The notes beneath the pieces were generated by a model. It worked only from the letters and a program-made list of their open reading frames with translations. It ran no database searches and was not told where the DNA came from. 63,717 bases of DNA from Candidatus Thorarchaeota archaeon (GTDB taxonomy: Archaea > Asgardarchaeota > Thorarchaeia > Thorarchaeales > Thorarchaeaceae). The stretch is taken from the NCBI GenBank assembly GCA_048884965.1, contig JBHLQH010000020.1:1-63717 (forward strand), written 5' to 3'. Made by a program: the position numbers and the translations under genes. Each line of letters begins with the position of its first letter. Positions within the stretch are counted from its first letter, which is position 1. Positions 57,454-63,717 of this stretch are shown one piece after another.

Positions 57454-59824
57454 AAAGCTTGAAACCAACGGAAGAGTTACCGTCGTATTCCTGCGGAGTG
57501 TCTCCACCACTATACGGGTAGGCTGCTAGGGCATAGTCAAAGCAATCTTCCATCAACGTATTCGGATTGCTACCATAGTGGTTCTTCAATCCGTAGTCTA
57601 GGAAGTAGTAGGTCCATGCACCATTATTATGGGATGGATCGTCGTAGCCGTAGCCATCATCCGTACAAGTAGTAGTGATGTAGATATTGGCATGGTTGGA
57701 TAATGCTTGCATCTCGGGTATGAATCCACCAGAATAGCAGTGGTCTAGGAAGATGAAGATTCGGGAGGCAACACTTGCACCAATGTAGTTATCCAGCTCG
57801 GTATCGTACAAGTTACCATCTTCACCATTATCGCCACTATTGCTGTCCCACATACAGAGATAGGAGGAGCCAGTGCCAGTTCCTGCACCATGACCTGACG
57901 AGATGAATGCGATTACATCGTCCTCATCTGCACCATTGACCATCCATGTTAGAGATGCCTTCACGTTGTACTCGTTGGCATCCGCATAATAGACTGGGAA
58001 GTTGGAGGTGTGACCATCTCCCAACACTCGGATGTAGTCATAGTCCATGACGCCATTGAGGTAGTTGTACCAGTCAGTTGCGTCCTCGTCACAATATGAC
58101 AGGTCGCTTATTGCCTGATAGTCACTGATACCAACAATGACCGCCCACTTTCTTACAACACCATCTCCACCGCCTCCGCCTGAGTTATCTACAGTCACGG
58201 AGATTTGCGAGTACCCAGTATTGCCGCTAGGATCAGTTGCCTCACATCGAATAGTGTGAGATGAGCCATCTGCATAGCCGGTTGTTACCCAGTTGTAGGA
58301 TGATGATGTGGAAACCTGTGATCCGTCGACCAGTATCCGGCGGGAGCTGATACCATTCGCATCAGTTGCAGTGAAGCTGATCGTTGTCGTGCCACTGACA
58401 GTCGCACCATTTGATGGGCTATTGATAGTGACAGAAGGAGCGGTTGTGTCTGGACCACTATAGGTCAAGGTTACTGTAAGGGAGTATGAGCCAGAGCCGC
58501 TGTATGACCGGACCATGATGTACCATGTTCCTGCACCAGGATTGCTGTAGGTTACTTCCTCACCGCCACCCGTGTAGCCTCTCCAGTCGTATGTACTTGT
58601 TGTAGGAGCAGCGTTCAAACGACCATAGAGATCAAAGTCTGCTGAGCCGCAAGTCAAGACAGAATACATACTTGCACAGTTCGCTCCAACCTGAATGGTC
58701 CACATCTCTGTTTGACCAGTTGCTGAGAGTGAGCTTGTTGATGTAACTCCATCTTGTAGGACATTATCAGCTGTATTGCTCACAGTTACGGAGATTTGTG
58801 AGTAGCCAGTATTGCCACTTGGGTCGGTCGCTTCACATCTAATGGTGTGAGCTCCATTGGAGTATCCAGTTGTGTCCCAGCTATAGGAGGATGAAGTTGA
58901 TACTTGGGTACCATCAATCAAGATCCTTCGGGAGCTAATACCATTGGCATCTGATGCGGAAAAGCTGATTGTTGTCGTACCACTTACAGTCGCTCCATTT
59001 GAAGGACTAGTAATCGACACTGTTGGAGCGGTTGTATCACCTCCACCATATGTCAGAGTAACAGTCAGGCCGTAAGATCCTGATCCACTGTAGGACCTCA
59101 CCATAATGTACCAAGTACCAGCACCTGGATTATTGAAGGTCACTTCCTCTCCACCGCTTGTGTAGCCTCTCCAGTCGTAGGTACTTGTTGTAGGAGCGGC
59201 ACCTAGTCGACCGTAGAGGTCAAAGTCTGCACTTCCACAGGTCAGCACCGAGTACATGCTCTCGCAGTTTGCAGCAACCACCATGGTCCACATCTCTGTC
59301 GCACCAGTCGCAGATAGGGAGCTTGTTTCAGTAACACCGCTCTCGAGGACATTATCTCCACCACCGCCATCGTAGGTCAATGTCACGGTAAGTGTATAGG
59401 AGCTTGAGCCACTATAGTCTCTCACCATGATGTACCACGTACCAGCGCCTGGATTATTGAAGGTGACTTCCTCTCCGCCACTCGTGTAGCCTCTCCAATC
59501 GTAGGTACTGGTCGTAGGAGCAGCACCAAGACGACCATAGAGGTCAAAGTCTGCTGACCCGCATGTAAGGACTGAGTACATTTTCACACAGTTGGCACCA
59601 ACAGCAATATTCCATAGTTCCGTTTGCCCAACAGAGGACAGAGAACCCGTTACTGGAACACCATCATACATTACTCCACCTCGCATATCTGAGGTGATGG
59701 TGATGGTCTTAACGACCTCAGTTGGACGGTACTCTGCTGTTGGAATTGCAGCTGAAAATATTGGTGCCACTAGCAAGAACATTGATAGTATGACCATTAT
59801 TTGCAGCGAACTCTTTCTTCTCAT
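57452..59824 (-). CDS. Secreted caspase-family (peptidase C14) protein with 3 PPC and 2 Ig-like domains
   Basis: Signal peptide; three CGSADFDLYGR...EEV...PGAGTWYIMVR PPC repeats; two DTTAP.V.I.SP.NGATVSG Ig repeats; KWAVIVGISDY, SSGHG, LDHCYSGG. Confidence 0.88.
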   Translation of the reverse strand: MRRKSSLQIMVILSMFLLVAPIFSAAIPTAEYRPTEVVKTITITSDMRGGVMYDGVPVTGSLSSVGQTELWNIAVGANCVKMYSVLTCGSADFDLYGRLGAAPTTSTYDWRGYTSGGEEVTFNNPGAGTWYIMVRDYSGSSSYTLTVTLTYDGGGGDNVLESGVTETSSLSATGATEMWTMVVAANCESMYSVLTCGSADFDLYGRLGAAPTTSTYDWRGYTSGGEEVTFNNPGAGTWYIMVRSYSGSGSYGLTVTLTYGGGDTTAPTVSITSPSNGATVSGTTTISFSASDANGISSRRILIDGTQVSTSSSYSWDTTGYSNGAHTIRCEATDPSGNTGYSQISVTVSNTADNVLQDGVTSTSSLSATGQTEMWTIQVGANCASMYSVLTCGSADFDLYGRLNAAPTTSTYDWRGYTGGGEEVTYSNPGAGTWYIMVRSYSGSGSYSLTVTLTYSGPDTTAPSVTINSPSNGATVSGTTTISFTATDANGISSRRILVDGSQVSTSSSYNWVTTGYADGSSHTIRCEATDPSGNTGYSQISVTVDNSGGGGGDGVVRKWAVIVGISDYQAISDLSYCDEDATDWYNYLNGVMDYDYIRVLGDGHTSNFPVYYADANEYNVKASLTWMVNGADEDDVIAFISSGHGAGTGTGSSYLCMWDSNSGDNGEDGNLYDTELDNYIGASVASRIFIFLDHCYSGGFIPEMQALSNHANIYITTTCTDDGYGYDDPSHNNGAWTYYFLDYGLKNHYGSNPNTLMEDCFDYALAAYPYSGGDTPQEYDGNSSVGFKL

Positions 59825-59829
59825 TCTAT

Positions 59830-59918
59830 AAGCACCACGCGATTTGGCAGATAATCTGCCGAAATAGTGCTTGCAGAATTAACAATCTAGTATATATATG
59901 TTAGCAGCCAATTCTGCA
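59830..59918. promoter_or_regulatory. Structured divergent promoter/leader region
   Basis: GGCAGAT-a-ATCTGCC inside AAGCAC/GTGCTT arms; TGCAGAATT/AATTCTGCA flank a TATATATA box. Confidence 0.5.
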
Positions 59919-59992
59919 TTACTCCTTTGGCGTCAGCGCATCGATTTATTAGTACTACCTTTCAGAATCCATGAAAGAAAGGAGCTGAACCA

Positions 59993-60535
59993 TTGATTTT
60001 AGGCGAGATTGACGGGAAGACACTCAGGTTCGCTACCAAGAGTGATCTTCAGCATATCGACCAGATTACGATAATATGCTATCAGAAGATCCATGAGAGT
60101 TGGGTTGCACATCAGGGAGCTGATATTGCTGAAGGACTCAGGACCCCTGGTGTTTCGTGGGAGGAGCGAAAGACAAAGCAGAATCGTGATCTCTTTGCTG
60201 AGCATCCCGAATGGCTATGGGTGCTGGAAGATGATGGTGTTCCCATCGGGTTCATGTCATTCAAGCTACTTGAGGATCAGAAGCTAGGGATTATCGACAA
60301 CAATGGAATCCTACCACGTCATGCAGGGAAGGGATTTGGTAAGTTCATGTACCGTCATGCGCTTCAGTATATGAGAAGGAAGGGTATGCGATTCGTCTTT
60401 CTAGAAACAGGTATGGATGACCCCCACATCCCTGCTCGAAGAGCCTATGAGGCTGTAGGATTTGATAGGAAGTTCCACGGAGTCTACTACTGGCAGAATC
60501 TCGAAGAGAACAAACCCGAGTCCTTTCCAGACTAG
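59993..60535 (+). CDS. GNAT family acetyltransferase
   Basis: NGILPRHAGKGFG, ETG.D..H.PARRAYEAVGF. Confidence 0.88.
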   Translation: MILGEIDGKTLRFATKSDLQHIDQITIICYQKIHESWVAHQGADIAEGLRTPGVSWEERKTKQNRDLFAEHPEWLWVLEDDGVPIGFMSFKLLEDQKLGIIDNNGILPRHAGKGFGKFMYRHALQYMRRKGMRFVFLETGMDDPHIPARRAYEAVGFDRKFHGVYYWQNLEENKPESFPD

Positions 60536-60568
60536 GTTACTTGCGCAGATATTCATTCCTTTTAGAGA

Positions 60569-61426
60569 TTGCAGGAAATCAATCGTATGTCATTAAACTA
60601 CAGAATCTATGATAATTATGATCCGAATGCCTTGAATGAGATCAAACTAGGGGATTATATTTCCAAATCACTAGCACGATACGAAGCTATGCTCAAGTAC
60701 ATTCAAGAAACTCGTTCAGACCTTCATGATGGCTTTGTTAAGATGCTCATTGACAAACTACGTGTCAATTCCCCCTTTAATGAAATGCAGAATCTGCGTG
60801 AGTTCATCAATAAGACGGGAGAGTCATACCCTCATTTATCTGAAACAGGCTTACTCGAAGCATTAATACCCTACACGATAGAAACCCTTACTCTATCTGA
60901 AAAATTTCCAAGTTTTGATCAGAAGTATGTTGTCCTATTGGTCAATATCGAGAAAGGAGAGAACCTCCCCCACTATCATGCGATTCAAACCTTGGTTGAT
61001 TTGCTAGGTCGGGAAAATGGACTGTTCTTCTACAAGGAGTTCGTCAATCACATCAACAGCCCTCCTCCTCCCCGACAGGTTGAGAGCTTTCGGGCTTTCA
61101 GAAATGATGCTGTGGAAGACATGGCAAAGAGTGGAGGGTTCGAATTCATAGTATATGACTTTGATGAGAGTATGTGGATAGGACGATTCAACAAATGTGT
61201 GGTATATGACTCCCTGAAGGCTGAGGCGGATCGCGAGATTGGTTATCTAGCAACCTGCTACAATGGACTTATTGGCTGCAATAAACGGGATTGGTGTATA
61301 CGGTTGCGGAGGACACAGACTCTCTATTCAGCCGAATACTGTGACGAGCTCTATTGGGATAGGCACGTTCACGATGAACCCGAACAACCATCTCTCGAAT
61401 TCACTGAACGGATGATAATCGAGTAG
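60569..61426 (+). CDS. L-2-amino-thiazoline-4-carboxylate hydrolase-like (V4R-related) protein
   Basis: C-terminal KC...IGYLATC...LRRTQTL....YCD; likely start at MSLNY. Confidence 0.6.
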   Translation: MQEINRMSLNYRIYDNYDPNALNEIKLGDYISKSLARYEAMLKYIQETRSDLHDGFVKMLIDKLRVNSPFNEMQNLREFINKTGESYPHLSETGLLEALIPYTIETLTLSEKFPSFDQKYVVLLVNIEKGENLPHYHAIQTLVDLLGRENGLFFYKEFVNHINSPPPPRQVESFRAFRNDAVEDMAKSGGFEFIVYDFDESMWIGRFNKCVVYDSLKAEADREIGYLATCYNGLIGCNKRDWCIRLRRTQTLYSAEYCDELYWDRHVHDEPEQPSLEFTERMIIE

Positions 61427-61428
61427 AC

Positions 61429-62484
61429 TTAGCTCCTAGCAAAGAATCGAGTCAAAAACATATCTATCCACTTGTAGAAGTCAGCGAATAGGTCATGAAC
61501 CATTTCTAGATCAAGTCGTTCTCTAAGAATCATATCAACTACTGATTTTCTAAGGAAGGGATAGAAGTGAGGAAGTGGCAGAACATTCAATGGAAACTTC
61601 CTGTTCTCTGTCAAGAAGATATTGATCCTTTCTACCCATCGTGCATTCAGAACATCCTCTGAGTAGTTCTTCGGATCCTCCAGCATCAGAGAGTCAATCT
61701 CTGCAAGGATTGGCGAGAATATCTTTCGTTGCACTAGGTCGAAGGAGTATCCCTCATTATTCGTACGTTCGTCCATTGTGATTTTCTTGTATATGTCCGC
61801 AAGATCATCCGAGCCAGGTATAGTATAAATGCCTCTCCGTCGTCCCAGTGTTCTCATCATCTCTGATGATATGTTCCTTTCCTTCTCAAGCACTGAGAAG
61901 ACATGGATGAAGTTGGTCTTGTCCCAATCGGGTGCATCGAATAGATCCTTGAAGCTATTGATGGTCATCCGGTATTCCTTCGGCAGCCGCAATTCATGCG
62001 GACTTGTGATACTCCAGACGTTGAAGAAGATGAAGGGCTCAAGCACCGATTTGGTGTCCATTTCGACCCTAAAGTTCGGGAAGCAGTAGTTACTGTCGAC
62101 GACGATCAAGTCCGGGGCAAATGGAGCACGTTCATGCTCTTTGGCGTATTCGCTGGTTGATTCTGAGATGACCTCCATGACCTGCTCTGGGGTCAGAGGT
62201 TGGAAGTTTTGAGACCGGACCAAATGCAGTGTATCACTGAGTGGAAGATAGTACACAGTCCCGGTCTTCTTCAGACTGAATGAGGTTTCATATTGCTTTT
62301 CCTTCTGGAAGGTAAGATGCTGCATTGCTTGGAAAAGATCCTGATTAGTATGATTGATGTCGATGATTAGCACCTTTAGAGGTGGTTCCTGCGATAGGGC
62401 CCAAGCTACGATGTTGATAGAGATAGGAGTCTTCCCGCTACCTCCCTTGTTGCTCGTTACAATGATGGTCTTTGGTTTCTTCAT
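61429..62484 (-). CDS. ParA/MinD-like P-loop ATPase with long atypical C-terminal region
   Basis: SNKGGSGKT deviant Walker A, VLIIDIN, DLIVVD. Confidence 0.75.
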   Translation of the reverse strand: MKKPKTIIVTSNKGGSGKTPISINIVAWALSQEPPLKVLIIDINHTNQDLFQAMQHLTFQKEKQYETSFSLKKTGTVYYLPLSDTLHLVRSQNFQPLTPEQVMEVISESTSEYAKEHERAPFAPDLIVVDSNYCFPNFRVEMDTKSVLEPFIFFNVWSITSPHELRLPKEYRMTINSFKDLFDAPDWDKTNFIHVFSVLEKERNISSEMMRTLGRRRGIYTIPGSDDLADIYKKITMDERTNNEGYSFDLVQRKIFSPILAEIDSLMLEDPKNYSEDVLNARWVERINIFLTENRKFPLNVLPLPHFYPFLRKSVVDMILRERLDLEMVHDLFADFYKWIDMFLTRFFARS

Positions 62485-62491
62485 CTCAATC

Positions 62492-63430
62492 TCACCTCAA
62501 TCCCAAATATCCAAAGAATAGATCCAGTATAGTTCCCCATCCTACAAAGAAGATGATGTCTGTCGCTATCTGAATAAGAACGACCCCAATGAATGTGATA
62601 AGCACTTTCTGAATGATCACATTCGGGGAAGAGAGACGCTTCAGGTCATGAAAGGAACGTTCGACCAGATGCCGATTGGTGGTCATGTTCCGTGTGGCAT
62701 CCTCAAGTTTCGCTCTGACGTAACCATTTTCCTCACGTGTTAGCATTGCTTCCTTGAGAAGGATCATGTCATTGTCCATCCTTTCTAGATACTCTTCCAG
62801 AGCATCGGAAACCCGTTGCCTATTCTCCTCAACGAGTGTTTCATACCTCGCTGTTTCATAGACGACGACCTTGATCACCCCTGTCAGTACAATCAAGGTT
62901 CCGAGACTCAGAGCACTATTTAGGAAGAATCCCACATTCAATATTGGATTATCAGGGAAGAATTCTTGCACGATGATGAATCCTTGCATTCCAGCTATCT
63001 TGTATAGGGCTATGAAGAAGAGCAATCGGATTGATAGCCAGACCTTGGACAAGCTCATCCTCCACCATCGTATCGTAGGCGTTCCACCTGCACTGAACGA
63101 CTTGTGTATGAACACTGAGAAGACGATGCCACCCGTGTTCACTATGAAGAAGAATGACATGAGGATCAAGCCCAGTCCTATTCCAAGACGAACCCATCCT
63201 GTCACCCCAAGGATTCCCGCAGTTACTGCCTCGAAGGCTCTTTGGAGATCTGTGAACTCCCCCTGCATGATTGCTTGCTGGATAGCGTTCAGGTATGACT
63301 CGTGAGTCCATAGATAGCCAACATAGAAGACCCCGAATAGCAGGACAGCTACTATGGAGGCGACATTGGCAGCGAGGAAGAAGTCCTCTAATCGACTGCC
63401 TCTTCTAGTTGAGCGTGCAGGAGAATTCAT
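62492..63430 (-). CDS. Membrane protein with coiled-coil loop
   Basis: About 5 TM helices and a helical region (YETLVEENRQRV...LKRL); stop lies 7 nt before the ParA-like start. Confidence 0.7.
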   Translation of the reverse strand: MNSPARSTRRGSRLEDFFLAANVASIVAVLLFGVFYVGYLWTHESYLNAIQQAIMQGEFTDLQRAFEAVTAGILGVTGWVRLGIGLGLILMSFFFIVNTGGIVFSVFIHKSFSAGGTPTIRWWRMSLSKVWLSIRLLFFIALYKIAGMQGFIIVQEFFPDNPILNVGFFLNSALSLGTLIVLTGVIKVVVYETARYETLVEENRQRVSDALEEYLERMDNDMILLKEAMLTREENGYVRAKLEDATRNMTTNRHLVERSFHDLKRLSSPNVIIQKVLITFIGVVLIQIATDIIFFVGWGTILDLFFGYLGLR

Positions 63431-63546
63431 TGGCGTGCATCCCCAAAGCTTATGTCAAAGGCACTATCTATTGGCATCCTGTCCATTTATAGTTATTACT
63501 TGTTAGGACATAATAGGAAACTGACGCTGTTTTTGCGCATTCCAGC

Positions 63547-63717
63547 CTATATTGGTATTTGGAATGTTCCAGATGGAGTCAATTCGAGCATGCCATCTGA
63601 AATAAGTCCCTCAAGAATACGCTTCAGTTCTGACCTTTTACATGAACCTTCATTCAATGCGGTATGAATCTCATCCAGGCTCATCGACTTTGAGTCTGTA
63701 AGAAGCTGTACAACTCG
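63547..63717 (-). CDS. 3' end of a gene with C-terminal winged-helix (truncated by the window; not in the ORF track)
   Basis: Minus frame from the edge reads RVVQLLTDSKSMSLDEIHTALNEGSCKRSELKRILEGLISDGMLELTPSGTFQIPI*. Confidence 0.7.
   Translation of the reverse strand, partial: RVVQLLTDSKSMSLDEIHTALNEGSCKRSELKRILEGLISDGMLELTPSGTFQIPI

Noticed and set aside
58100-59660. Direct DNA repeats resembling an array
   Set aside because: They are in-frame PPC and Ig domain duplications with no repeat-spacer structure and no cas genes.

Overview
Gene-dense archaeal chromosomal segment. By inference it comes from an Asgard archaeon, probably Thorarchaeia-like: it carries an archaeal-type CODH/ACS operon, HdrA-MvhD, longin-, ubiquitin- and PCI-like domains and GGAGG/GGTG ribosome-binding sites. 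The core (about 24.5-45 kb) is a Wood-Ljungdahl/C1 energy island: DUF3786, DUF166, fwdD-like, fwdF, hdrA-mvhD fusion, fwdG, fwdB-like, cooC, cdhABCDE, a second cooC and an acetyl-CoA transferase-GNAT fusion. Its most notable feature is that FwdB appears to lack the Mo/W-ligating Cys and FwdD has lost its pterin-binding N-terminal motif, while all Fe-S wiring is intact. The flanks encode surface proteins and eukaryote-like domains: tandem SGNH-like paralogs with a gene-conversion tract, a 2225-aa Ig-repeat single-pass receptor with a cytoplasmic longin-like domain, a secreted PPC/Ig caspase-family protease, a ubiquitin-like protein without di-Gly and a PCI-like membrane protein. Regulators, acetyltransferases, ABC permeases, a Hef-like helicase and a ParA-like ATPase are also present. 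Many genes end in GC hairpin plus U-tract terminators. I found no tRNA, rRNA, CRISPR array or transposase. All family calls come from motif recognition by eye; no database searches were run.
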